Positions 18,879-30,000 of a stretch of 64,000 nt of DNA are shown piece after piece (within the stretch, counting starts at the first letter, position 1; the number at the start of each line of letters is the position of its first letter). The stretch is from a virus. Location of the stretch: the IMG/VR virus record IMGVR_UViG_3300028874_000014, positions 2,396 to 66,395 of that record. One strand, written 5' to 3'. A program made the position numbers and the translations under genes. The notes below the pieces were generated by a model. The model ran no database searches, was not told the origin of the DNA, and worked only from the letters and a program-made list of their open reading frames with translations.

Positions 18879-20690
18879 TTATGTGCTGGTGCCTGTATTA
18901 AATAATCTAGTAGAACGTGCAGAAATCATTGATGTTTTAAAGATATCCGTAAATTCATAGTTCTCAGCTAATGCATCGTATAAGACAGTGAAAAATATTT
19001 CATTGACTTGTGTAGGAGTTGCATCAGACCAAATAGTCCCCATAGTCTGTCTAATCAATGTCGGTGTCGAAAATAACTCTACGATATTTGAAGCATCAAT
19101 AAAGCTAATAGGATTAGGAACAACCTGACCTCCATTAGCTTGAGTCGTAATAGTCAATGATGTATTTAATATAGCGTATTGGATTGAAGCCAAAGCTAAT
19201 TGTTGATCAACAAAAGCTTGACCTGTCCCAAACCCATATTGTGTTGTAGTTCCATTTCGTTCATCATAAGCGACATTTGCTAATGATGGGACTGGGTTTC
19301 CAATAGCATCATAACCAGATGCAGCATCAGTAAGAATATTCCAAAGCTGTTGTGGAATTAATGTTGTCTGCAATTCTCTAATCGTAGTCCATTCAGTATG
19401 CACATTTTTCAATCGTTCATTTCTTGGATCATCTCTTAAAACGAAATCGCGAGTAAATCTGATTTTGTAAGTATTATCTTCAGTGACATATGTATTCAAC
19501 CCAACAGTCACGATTTGATTATAGCTAGGAGTTTCACCTATTTCATTACTAATATTTTGGAACACAATATATGGATCAGTATTTGCCGCCAACAATTCTG
19601 CTGCACCCTGTACAGAAATAGTTCTTCCATATGTTTCTAATGATTTATTAGCAACCCAGAAATAGTATAAAGTGTCAGTTAGATTGCCATTAGAATCTCT
19701 AATTTCTTTAGATGTATATTGGTAGTCATATTTATATTCATACAATATAATAGGATTATCACCAGTCGGATTTGCATCAGGATTAAAAGCTAAATCCGAA
19801 GAAGATGGAGTATATGGAGCATAAATTATGGTCATCATGTCACCAAGATTAGGTGACAATTCTGTCAAATCTACCATGTTATTAATGATCGAAACATTAG
19901 TTAATGGTTTAGTCTGGCCATTTATATACACACTCAATCTATTCGCGTATAATGCAGTTTCTTTAAGCAATGTGAAAACTAATGTTGATGATGTTCCATC
20001 ACAAACTGCTTGCATGAATATTGGCGATCGTAGTTCCCAGGCGTTCCAAACATACTGGAACGATTGAGCGTTTGTTCCATTAACTAATGTCAACGGTGTT
20101 CTGACATCTGATGTTATTGCAGTAACGACAGCTGATGATAGTGCTGGAACGGTAGAATAATCACCAAAGTATGGTTGCCATTTATTATTCGGTAAATTAC
20201 TATCAGCAGTCAATTCAGTTTGTGATGGGGTATTATATAGAACCCAACCTTGATAATTGCCAAGAGATAAATTAGCATCGACTCTAGCCGGAAGTGTTGA
20301 TGGACCAAATGGGATTGTAATTTCAACAGGAATAGCAGCATACACAACTAAATCAGTTGCAGTACAAATAGCAGCAGCTATTGCTGCTGTTCTCAGCGCT
20401 GTTGTAGTGAATAGCGGATTTGTATAATTGACTGTAGTTTCACCAGTGATTTGAAATCCTAATGTATCAAAGAGTAAAGTGAATGGCGCTCCAACAGAAT
20501 TAGCGACATCATTAACTAGTACTAATTGTGATGATCCATTAGTCGCATTAGTACACGTAACTGAAACAGCCCCAGTAGATTCGTTGGTTGTAGTAGTGAA
20601 ATTCAAGACTCCAACCATAGCCGGTGAAAAGGCTGTTTCGGTATATCTTGTCACTGCTAGATTTTGTATTAATTTGATAGTAACTAGCAA
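18879..20690 (-). CDS. C-terminal part of giant baseplate wedge protein (same frame as 20760..26474)
   Basis: 'YYFWVANK', 'HTEWTTIRE...IPQQLW...GYDAIGNPVP', 'IFKTS'; only a TTG start. Confidence 0.7.
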   Translation of the reverse strand: MLVTIKLIQNLAVTRYTETAFSPAMVGVLNFTTTTNESTGAVSVTCTNATNGSSQLVLVNDVANSVGAPFTLLFDTLGFQITGETTVNYTNPLFTTTALRTAAIAAAICTATDLVVYAAIPVEITIPFGPSTLPARVDANLSLGNYQGWVLYNTPSQTELTADSNLPNNKWQPYFGDYSTVPALSSAVVTAITSDVRTPLTLVNGTNAQSFQYVWNAWELRSPIFMQAVCDGTSSTLVFTLLKETALYANRLSVYINGQTKPLTNVSIINNMVDLTELSPNLGDMMTIIYAPYTPSSSDLAFNPDANPTGDNPIILYEYKYDYQYTSKEIRDSNGNLTDTLYYFWVANKSLETYGRTISVQGAAELLAANTDPYIVFQNISNEIGETPSYNQIVTVGLNTYVTEDNTYKIRFTRDFVLRDDPRNERLKNVHTEWTTIRELQTTLIPQQLWNILTDAASGYDAIGNPVPSLANVAYDERNGTTTQYGFGTGQAFVDQQLALASIQYAILNTSLTITTQANGGQVVPNPISFIDASNIVELFSTPTLIRQTMGTIWSDATPTQVNEIFFTVLYDALAENYEFTDIFKTSMISARSTRLFNTGTST

Positions 20691-20778
20691 TTTTAAACCC
20701 TGTTTAAATATGAAGTGTATGTGCTATTTACAAGAAATAGCACATACGAAATAATGACTTTATTCTTCGTACGTATAT
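20641..20778 (-). other. 132-nt structured in-frame insert with ATATAC direct repeats splitting the baseplate gene (candidate bypass element/mini-intron)
   Basis: Two in-frame stops, three hairpins plus closing stem, flanking direct repeat; see findings. Confidence 0.55.
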
Positions 20779-23700
20779 GACGGAGGTGTAAATGATGGTG
20801 TCACATAAGATGTTGATGACCCAAATGAAATATCTTGATTCACACCAGTAAAGATTGCTTCGCCATATGGTTTAATGAGTTTAAAATTACTAACATCTGC
20901 AGAATTTAATGCATTGTAATAAAACACGCCGCCACTGATTTTATTTCCTATGGCCAATGAAGGAAATTCAGAGAGCCAATCACTAGCAGATAATATCGCA
21001 GTCATATTCCCGCTCAAGTCTTGTTGGAAAGTAACTTGATATTCGCCAACAGAACTCAAATAAGGAAGTTGTGAGCCTGGCGCATCAGAATATCCCCATG
21101 CAACTGGCCGTTGTTCCCATGTTCTATTTCTAGAATATAGCTCAGTCATCGCAACATTACCAGATGCTTGGTCATTAATATTGATCGATGAATTACCTTG
21201 TTGTTGCGATACCAATGTTGCATATTCGGATGGTGGGACAGATGATTCCGTCCATTCATATAATTCAACACTAGCCCAGTCTGCCATGGTACCCCAGAAA
21301 GCTAATCTAGATTCTAATGTCGGGAAAATATTACTATCCATATATGGATAGTAATTGACATTATTCATATTCCACCAGACTTTACCTACTTCAAGTTCAC
21401 CCCAAGCATGGTATGGATCGTAATTGACATTATCCGTTGTTTGGGTTGAATAGTTATATTTGGCAGGGTCCAATTCTGAAATAATATTTACTATTTCTAA
21501 TGCCTCAGAAGGATGAGATCCTCTAGCCGGGTCCCATAAATTCAAATCGGTCACTACCACTTCATCAGCATAATCAATCAATTTAGCTGGATTGAATTTT
21601 GGACGAGAAGGTCCATAGCATCGCACAACAAACTGTCTTGGTGATGATAGAGTATACAATGAAGTATCAATTGATGAATCGGAAGTAAACAAAATAGTTG
21701 ACGCATTCACTAATTCATAATTAGTGACAGCTAATAAAAATGGTGTCATATCTCCAGAATTCAAAAAGACTTGTTCAAAGACCTGGACAGTATCAGCAAA
21801 AATTGTTTTGCCGTTTCTGATTAAACTATAAATCTGATCTGGCCAAATATTGTTAAATGTAATCTCTGCGATCATTTCAGCCTGATATGATAAATCTGCA
21901 TTTGATTCAAATGGACCAACCCAGCGTGATTCATCTAGAGGGCTTATATTAATAAACCCAAGAGCCTGAGCTGTTGTGGCGGTTGGATTAAATTGAATCT
22001 TAGTGAATACAGATTGGCAATCAGCTGAATTCACATAAATTTCAGGATATGATAATTCATGAGCATCACCATATGTTGCAAGTTTATACGCCCAGAATTC
22101 ATCTATTGTAGCATTCTGGAATCCGGTTGAATTCAAAAATGCATTGACCGATAGATTAGATCCTTTATTGCTAATCAATCCTCTCCAGAAATTAAATTGA
22201 GTTTGGTCGGATAACCCAATATCACTCATATATTGTTTTGGTGTATATCCAAGTAAACCACGAGCATATGCCGCAGTTTGACTATTTGGAACCATATTAT
22301 CAGCATCATAATAATTCAACATATTAGAAATAGATGCTTCGATATTAGTTTTAACTTGATCATTGTTAATATAATGGCCGCCAAATGTCAAGCGGCCAGT
22401 AAACTTGGCCTGCCTTGATGCTTGCATATACATCCGATTAACCCGAACTCCTAAGAATGGATCATAAACTAAATAACTTGTTGAGCCACTTGTGTAATCC
22501 TGAAATAATGCAATATGCTCATATTCATCCAACAATAAATGAATACCGCCAATCACGACATTTGATTGTATTTCTGTTTGATGATCATTACGAATAATCA
22601 ATAAATCTTTAGTTGGGATTGTATTCCCAAAAGAATCAAACACAACTTGCGCAGTCGAGACATCAATGTTAGATGGGTTTCTCATATTAGCAACGAAACC
22701 TTGTGGGGTGTTAAACCACACTGATGTCGAAAACGGATTTAATATTGCGCCAGATCCCGGTGCGGCACCAGCATACTGTTGATTAATAAATCTCTCGATA
22801 TATAATTGCCAACTAATCGAACGCCCGGTAGATGGATCAATTGATGGATTAATCCCAGCATTAAAAACCCACCCGTCATCTGTGAGCTTTTGAACATATC
22901 CGAAAATGACATTAACTACATTCTGGATTCCGGTCACCAAGAAAGGAGTTGTTTGTGTAACTAGCTCAGTTTGTGTAAGTGGGTGAATCCATGCATTTGA
23001 TGTATTTGCTTTATCTAATGCATAAAATGTTTGGTAATTGTCATCTGATGCATATTCATAATATTCGATAACCGGATTATACGTATTAAAAGTTTCTATT
23101 CTGAATTGCCAATCAACACCATTATTAGCAGGTACCGGAATTCCATTTTGTAATGTTGTTGTTCCAACTTGGATCAATTGAACACGAATAGCATTGAGCC
23201 AGTAACTCTCGATATTTTTATTCTCTTTGATGACTAAATTATAATCAGTAGAATAAATCGGAAATGAATCCGTTTCAACTTGGAAAGTATCAGTGTTAAT
23301 CAATCCGGACATTCTATGTCCGAGCATCAATTGCCAATCACGAAGTATATTATTTGCTAAAGCTACACTCATATCAACTGAGTTGTATCGATTCATATTG
23401 ACAAACCATTGGTTCAATCCAGCAAATTTAGCATAGATGGTCGGGACGTAAACTACAGTATTAGCTGGAGTAGTAATAAGTAATTTGTCGCCAATATTAA
23501 AATCGGCTCCATTATCGGATACAGTAAATCTAATTTGTGCACTAATGAATTCAGTATTCGCTTGGTATGAACTATTAATTAATCCAGACGAATTGCCAGA
23601 GATAGAAAATAAACTTCCTGTTGGTATTGCTCCAACACATGTCAATGTCCAAAGTGTATCACTAGTGTCACTTCCATCTTGTTGGATTCCGGTCACGCTA

Positions 23701-26474
23701 TATCCGCCAAATTTAGGTGATGGGGTTTCACCATGCAAAATAAAATCTAAATAACTTACGCTTCTCAACTCATGACGATCGATTGTGTACCCTTCAACCT
23801 GGACATAATTGTAGCCCCAAGTATTAGTCACAAAATTGATTGGATCAATAGTAAAACAAATTTTCAATTTGTCATAATTGAAATCAACAGACATTCTATA
23901 TTGAACTTCAGCTGGTCCATATTGGCCAAATGTATATCCATCCGAAATCCCGGATGGAATTGTATTCAATAAAGCCTGACTAGAATTTGAACTAGATGAT
24001 GAAACATATGGTGGTAATAGATGATCATTAGTAATATCAACACATAGTTTTTTAGTCCATGACCCAGTAGGCGCCGCATGACCCGGGGTGGTATTATTAA
24101 GAATATCGGACCACATCTGTGTTGTCCAGGTTCTAGTATGGGTTGTATCAGCATACAATCCATTCCACCATGTTGGCTGAGATGTGTATCCTTGTAGAAT
24201 CCATGGCTCTAGATTAGGACGTTGAGTTCCAAAATATGAAAGATAAATCATGAACCATCTGGCTGTCCCAGAAGGAACCCCAGCAATAGTTGCATTTTCA
24301 TAATTCCAAGTGAATGCATCAGTAGGAGTATAATCACTTGCGGTCATATCCAAATTATGAATCGCTGAATATATTGCAAAAGATTTCTCTAATAAAGGAG
24401 TAGTCACCGAGGCATCGGCTGCTAATACAGCAGTAGAGTCAATTTTTAAAATTTCGCCAGGACATTCAGTATATAACTGATTTTCTACCATCAAATAAAT
24501 TTGAGCTATTGCAGCCTGAGTATTCACCACTTTCCAAGGCGTCATCAAATTACTAACAACTGAATAGGTCTGTGTTGCTAGATCATATTGGTATAGTATA
24601 TTAGTTGTTCTATTGTAATAATAATTTCCATCTGGGCCTAATACCAATGGGATAGTGTCCGAGGCAATCGCATAGACTTTTAATGATTGAGTATTAGCAT
24701 CAAACCAAAATTGATTCATAAATGGACGTGATGGTGGAACATACCCAGAGACCCCTGGCAATGTTTGGCCAGTAGAACGGAGAAATTGAATGTTCGTAAT
24801 TTCTTCGTCAAGTGTAATATCCGATGGTGGCAATATCGATGAATGGCCATCATGGTGTCTAATCATTAATGCCCCAACAACTTTATCATAGTAGACTTTA
24901 GGTTGGGTTAATGTCCCGAGTCCCAAGTATGGAAGTGTCGCAGGAAAACCAGGGATACTTGATGTAGTATCAGCAAATACAGTGCTATCATTTCTAGCTG
25001 TTACATAGGTTAAAAACTCATTAAATAATGGAACCAATGTAGGATCAACAGTATTAGAAATAGTTGATGATGGAACACTTATCAATCCAGAAGTAATAGC
25101 TTGTGCTAAGTTTCGTTGAACATATTCAGTGACTGCTTGTATCATTGAAGCATATTGATTTTTAGCAAAATCGATAATGCTAAGAACCGATGAATCAAGT
25201 TGATTAACTAGCCCAAGGAATAAACCAAAGTTAGAAGAGTAATCCTTGATTGTTCCGCCAAGACCTCGATTCGGAGCAGAAAGATTTCTAAAATTATTAG
25301 ATCCATACGGGTTTCCAGTGAAACCAACCTGTGCAGAAATGATCGAAGTGAAATGGCTAAATAGATCCGCAAAAGCAATAGACTTGCGATTTTCATGTGT
25401 GATGTTGTAGAACATCTGATTTGGTGAAGCCCAGCATCCAATATTTTCTATATCTGAGGCTGGATCACCTACAACGGGATTTCCATTATCATCTGGCATA
25501 TAGTAAATCGGAGATTCTGCTACACCTTGTTTCCACACTGTTTTAATTTCGCTAAAGTTACCATAAAACAAAGTTCTTAATCCATCTGGACTAATCAACC
25601 CTTGGTTAAACAAATAATCACCTGTTGAATTTGTTGCAATGCGTGCCAACATCGATGAGTCAATGGGAAATTCATTTCCTTCTTGGTAATAGAAAATAGG
25701 ACTAACAAAACCAGAATGCGACCCATCTTGCATATACAAATTAAATAATGGTTTTTGATTAAATGAAGTTTTGTATCCGGACACCGTTTGATCAACTGTT
25801 ACGCCAGTCGCCGATGGAACTCCATCTAATACATGAAGGACCATTTCTACTTCTAAAGTATTTGGATATTCGATGATTGGACGCAACGCTTGAATAGTAG
25901 AATCAATAGTGAAACTCCACCCTTTAGAAGCAAAGAATGCATTAGCATCAGCTTGATGGATCCAATAATTATTAGTGGACCAATCTGATACGCCGCCAGA
26001 TGCAATAACATAATATTCTGGCGCCATTGTTTTATTATATGAAAGTTCTATATCTAAACAATTTCCGTACCAGCGATACTGTGAGTAATTTGAAAATTTG
26101 TCTAGATTGATTGGCGGACAGAAATTGAATCCGGTAGTTGCACCCCAAGACGCAAATTTAGTCGTATCAACACCAAGCAAATCCAATTTAGAAAGCGTGT
26201 CATCAAAAGTGAATACATATTCTTGAGCACCAAGTTGTGTAAACACTGTCGGGATTAAAGCATTGACTGTATGATCTAGATCTGTAGCTGATATGTATGG
26301 CGAAGAATCCCCAGTAACAGAATTCCCGACATACCCGAGCATAGGAACAGCTTCCTCTTTAGTAAGAAACTTATTATGCATGTTTCTTAACATAGATGTA
26401 TTAATAGGCGTTCTATATCTTGCAGGAAGAAGGCTTACTAAATCTGTATTTTTCTTGGTGTAGTCACTTGACAT
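20760..26474 (-). CDS. Giant baseplate wedge protein, N-terminal 1904 aa
   Basis: Next to gp6/gp25/gp5; 'PPINLDKFSNYSQYRW', 'PNLEPW', 'WRGLISNKGS', 'EFWAYK', 'VGKVWWN', 'ELYEWTES'. Confidence 0.82.
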   Translation of the reverse strand: MSSDYTKKNTDLVSLLPARYRTPINTSMLRNMHNKFLTKEEAVPMLGYVGNSVTGDSSPYISATDLDHTVNALIPTVFTQLGAQEYVFTFDDTLSKLDLLGVDTTKFASWGATTGFNFCPPINLDKFSNYSQYRWYGNCLDIELSYNKTMAPEYYVIASGGVSDWSTNNYWIHQADANAFFASKGWSFTIDSTIQALRPIIEYPNTLEVEMVLHVLDGVPSATGVTVDQTVSGYKTSFNQKPLFNLYMQDGSHSGFVSPIFYYQEGNEFPIDSSMLARIATNSTGDYLFNQGLISPDGLRTLFYGNFSEIKTVWKQGVAESPIYYMPDDNGNPVVGDPASDIENIGCWASPNQMFYNITHENRKSIAFADLFSHFTSIISAQVGFTGNPYGSNNFRNLSAPNRGLGGTIKDYSSNFGLFLGLVNQLDSSVLSIIDFAKNQYASMIQAVTEYVQRNLAQAITSGLISVPSSTISNTVDPTLVPLFNEFLTYVTARNDSTVFADTTSSIPGFPATLPYLGLGTLTQPKVYYDKVVGALMIRHHDGHSSILPPSDITLDEEITNIQFLRSTGQTLPGVSGYVPPSRPFMNQFWFDANTQSLKVYAIASDTIPLVLGPDGNYYYNRTTNILYQYDLATQTYSVVSNLMTPWKVVNTQAAIAQIYLMVENQLYTECPGEILKIDSTAVLAADASVTTPLLEKSFAIYSAIHNLDMTASDYTPTDAFTWNYENATIAGVPSGTARWFMIYLSYFGTQRPNLEPWILQGYTSQPTWWNGLYADTTHTRTWTTQMWSDILNNTTPGHAAPTGSWTKKLCVDITNDHLLPPYVSSSSSNSSQALLNTIPSGISDGYTFGQYGPAEVQYRMSVDFNYDKLKICFTIDPINFVTNTWGYNYVQVEGYTIDRHELRSVSYLDFILHGETPSPKFGGYSVTGIQQDGSDTSDTLWTLTCVGAIPTGSLFSISGNSSGLINSSYQANTEFISAQIRFTVSDNGADFNIGDKLLITTPANTVVYVPTIYAKFAGLNQWFVNMNRYNSVDMSVALANNILRDWQLMLGHRMSGLINTDTFQVETDSFPIYSTDYNLVIKENKNIESYWLNAIRVQLIQVGTTTLQNGIPVPANNGVDWQFRIETFNTYNPVIEYYEYASDDNYQTFYALDKANTSNAWIHPLTQTELVTQTTPFLVTGIQNVVNVIFGYVQKLTDDGWVFNAGINPSIDPSTGRSISWQLYIERFINQQYAGAAPGSGAILNPFSTSVWFNTPQGFVANMRNPSNIDVSTAQVVFDSFGNTIPTKDLLIIRNDHQTEIQSNVVIGGIHLLLDEYEHIALFQDYTSGSTSYLVYDPFLGVRVNRMYMQASRQAKFTGRLTFGGHYINNDQVKTNIEASISNMLNYYDADNMVPNSQTAAYARGLLGYTPKQYMSDIGLSDQTQFNFWRGLISNKGSNLSVNAFLNSTGFQNATIDEFWAYKLATYGDAHELSYPEIYVNSADCQSVFTKIQFNPTATTAQALGFINISPLDESRWVGPFESNADLSYQAEMIAEITFNNIWPDQIYSLIRNGKTIFADTVQVFEQVFLNSGDMTPFLLAVTNYELVNASTILFTSDSSIDTSLYTLSSPRQFVVRCYGPSRPKFNPAKLIDYADEVVVTDLNLWDPARGSHPSEALEIVNIISELDPAKYNYSTQTTDNVNYDPYHAWGELEVGKVWWNMNNVNYYPYMDSNIFPTLESRLAFWGTMADWASVELYEWTESSVPPSEYATLVSQQQGNSSININDQASGNVAMTELYSRNRTWEQRPVAWGYSDAPGSQLPYLSSVGEYQVTFQQDLSGNMTAILSASDWLSEFPSLAIGNKISGGVFYYNALNSADVSNFKLIKPYGEAIFTGVNQDISFGSSTSYVTPSFTPPSYTYEE

Positions 26475-26600
26475 TACAGCATTCCTATGATTGTATGTGA
26501 TGTATCACTTTATTTATTAAAATGCTGAGAGTCAAAAAAGTGTACTTTTCCTAAATAGTTGATATAATTATCTTCATGTTCAATACAACCCAATAGGATT

Positions 26601-27026
26601 ATGATGAGAGGCTATCACTATTCAACACTTGTATTTGAACCCGGCACAATCATCACAAGTGTACAATCCGTAGGCGAAACCTACAAAATAGTCCATGGGA
26701 AATATAAAGAAGTAGCCAACGAATTAGGCATTTATTTCCCAGATAATTACGGATATGCATATAAGAATATCCGTACCAACAGTCATTTTGTTTCGGCTCC
26801 AAATGAAGTATTTGCGCCAGATGATAAAGTGACTGAAGGGAATTTAAACCATTCAGTATTGTATGTGATGTATCATCTTCGATCGTTTATACCTCGAGGT
26901 ATTCCATTAGAAGATCGGTTATGTGAAAGAAATATCGCGCTGAGAGTAGAAGCTAAACGATATTTCACCAAGCTTGATCGTGATGATGAAATTGAATTGA
27001 TTTCAGATGTATGGACCGTAGTATAA
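26601..27026 (+). CDS. Hypothetical early protein inserted antisense in the baseplate block
   Basis: GTGTAC...TATAAT promoter at 26540-26568, AGGA RBS, terminator at 27028. Confidence 0.7.
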   Translation: MMRGYHYSTLVFEPGTIITSVQSVGETYKIVHGKYKEVANELGIYFPDNYGYAYKNIRTNSHFVSAPNEVFAPDDKVTEGNLNHSVLYVMYHLRSFIPRGIPLEDRLCERNIALRVEAKRYFTKLDRDDEIELISDVWTVV

Positions 27027-27027
27027 G

Positions 27028-27055
27028 AAAAGGCCTCTATGATAGAGGCCTTTTT
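27028..27055. terminator. Bidirectional terminator
   Basis: aaaaggcctcta-tga-tagaggccttttt. Confidence 0.85.
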
Positions 27056-27059
27056 CATT

Positions 27060-30000
27060 TTACGTTAGGTTTTGTCTTAACGTTGAAGCAGTATACATCG
27101 GAACAATCTGTATATCAGTAAGTTGAGCACAACTCTGTAGAATTTCATCCTGCCCAGACTCAATCACGAATAACGAACCAAATGAATTGTTCACATATAG
27201 TGGAACAATAACTACAGAAGCCACATCATTTGGTAAACGTTGGTGAATCAAAGCAATCAATTCAGTTGCATAAAATGTATCACCAAAATCCCAATTAGCA
27301 ATAGTAAAAAATGTATTGATCACTGAAAGAATTTCAGATTGTAATTGGTTAGTTGTCAACGTTGAATTCACTGCCTGAATAACCTGGAATTGAGCAGTCA
27401 ATTGTGGATCCGCTAAACTACCAAATAATAATTTCAATGTAGCAGAATGCATGACCACAGTATCAGAAATCATCTTTGTTGAAAGAAGACTCGAATATGA
27501 ATTTCTCAAATCCAATGGTGTAGGAGGAACAGGGACATCAGTTGTCGTTCCGGCAATATATGCTATAGATGAATCATAATATCCCTCGGTCAGCACAAAC
27601 ATATCTATAATATTTGATGTTGATGGATCAATCAAATTGGCATTAGGTGTAAAATGTTGCCATAAGAAATCCAAATTGTTTCGACCGATTGTTCTAATAT
27701 ATTGTCCATCATTGGAAGTCAATGCTCCAACAGGAAACAAATTCTTAATAGTTGGAGTAGGAACAATTGGAGTAGTAGCATTGTTTGGATCAGTCGAACT
27801 TGGCGCAGTAAAATATACATAATCAACATTTGTATAATTGAATAATGATATTGTACCTGTTACTTCAACTGGCGCAAGGTCACTACTAACAAAAGAAACA
27901 GTACAATGATTCGCATCAATAGCAGTAAAGGTTGGCGTATATCCAGAAGCCGAAATCGTAATGTAATTTAATGTTGGTGTTGTAGTTCCAAGCGAATGAG
28001 TTATAGTCCATGTTGATGCTGCTGTTGTTTGTGTGAATACATATTTCAATCCAACATTGACGAATTGGGTAAATGCCATGCTATCACTCGGGATAATATT
28101 CCCAGATGAATCAACTCCATTATTCGTAGTTGGAAGAACTTCTAATGCATTAACATTAACTACGCCGGTATTATATTGGATTGGGCCAACTACATCATAA
28201 TTTGAATTTGTGCCAATTGCTAGAGTTCTAGCTTTATTCAAATTGGATTTCAATAGTGCAATTCTATCGCTAACAATATCTTGAGTATCCGGATCAATAA
28301 TAGTTTGATCCGAGTTATACCAGAAATTAGTTGTTGTTGAACCAACAGCGATTTGTAGATCTCGATAAATCACTTCCCATTCTAATATCGTACCAGATGT
28401 ATCTGAAATACTACTAATCAAAAAGATCCATGAACGATCAAAGCCAGGAATTGTTGTAGTTGTATATGCATAATCAAATGAATCAGTTTGATTCAAAAGA
28501 GTCCCATCAATAGTATACCATGCTCCGTTTAGGTTGACTCCAGGATACGTAGAGACGCCGAAGGTGAATGTCCGTTGAGTGGCCACACCTGATACTACAT
28601 CTAACACGAACGCATCCCCTAGGACGAATGCTGTAGTGCTGGACGTAATCATGAACGAAATGTTCTCATTTGAATAAGGAACACTTGAATTCATGAGAGC
28701 AGTTCCTTGATATCCGCTAACAGAACCAGTTACGGTAAATGTACTAGATGTAGAATCTTGATTGATATATTCAATAGTCCAAGTTTCATTAGGTGCCCCT
28801 GATGTTACAGTAATATCAACGATGACACCATTCCCAGTCATACCTACATCAGTAGTGAAGCCAAGTCCAAAAGTTTGTTGATTGGAAGGTTGTTGAAGAC
28901 CAGAAGGAAGGCCACTCAAATAAGGAGTCACACCATCAATGGTTCTAGGTTCGGTATTATCATAAATGTTGTAATTGCTATTTGCTAGATTTTCAACATC
29001 AGCATATTCAATTCCACCAATCACTACAGTACTTTCTGGCTCGCCATACCAGTGACGATCAAGTAGGCCTTGAATGGCGGTTTTCTCTAATAGTCCTAAT
29101 GTCGAATCTTCAATGAATGCGGTTCTAGGATTGGCAGTAATATTCACAAGCTGTGAGTTTTGTGCAATCATTGATACCAAAGTATTCACTACACCAGAAT
29201 CTGAAAGTAATGGTTCGATAATCTGGTCGATTAAAACTCTCGATGATAATGTAGTGACTTCGGAATTATTAGACATATTCCAATAGATCGAAAGGTCATC
29301 ACCAAAAATCTTTACATTTTGATATGTTCCAGATGCATCATTCCAATCAATATATTTTGGTTGACCAGCAAAAGTTCTATTCACCGCAGTCAATTTCAAA
29401 ATACTCGAATCACGAAGAAGCATAGTATTATAGTCTTGGCCATTAACCATTCGACCTTGAGAATAATATGTAGACGGAGCAACTTGACGAATGTGTTCAA
29501 TGTCTTCACTGGCCGCGCCATTTTGCAAGCTGCTAATTAATGAAAAAGTCATACTTGCTGTTTCATTAATATCAAATGCCGAAGTATAGGTGAAACCAAG
29601 TGGAACATTGACTACGCTATTTTGTTGGATTACTGCATTCGAATTTAGTGATTGTCGAACCCATAGATTGAAATTACCTACAGGGATAGTCGCGAAATTG
29701 CCATCGCCAAATAATAATCTGATTTGATCATTCTCTAATGTTTCAACTTCAAATTTCGTTGCAATAGTATCAACATTGAAATAAATATTTTGAGCATTGA
29801 TCGTATCAACTTGAGTCCAACGTACTAAAGTTGTTCCTGATGTATCAACTTGGTTAATCCAAACATCAGTGTTATTGATATTTTGTAATGTGACATCAAT
29901 AACTTGGTTTGGGATAGATGTGGAAAAAGACAAAGGAACATTTGACAATTGTCCTTGCTTTGTGAACATCATGAACCCGGTATTATCCGACCCATCACCT

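Noticed and set aside
20691-20762. Simple stop-codon readthrough or alternative genetic code joining the two baseplate ORFs
   Set aside because: Two different stops (TAA and TAG) lie in frame, and all other genes translate intact with the standard code.
20641-20778. Group I or II intron
   Set aside because: Too short and no recognisable P7/catalytic core or domain V; the G-U pair in the 5' stem has the wrong polarity for a P1 splice site.
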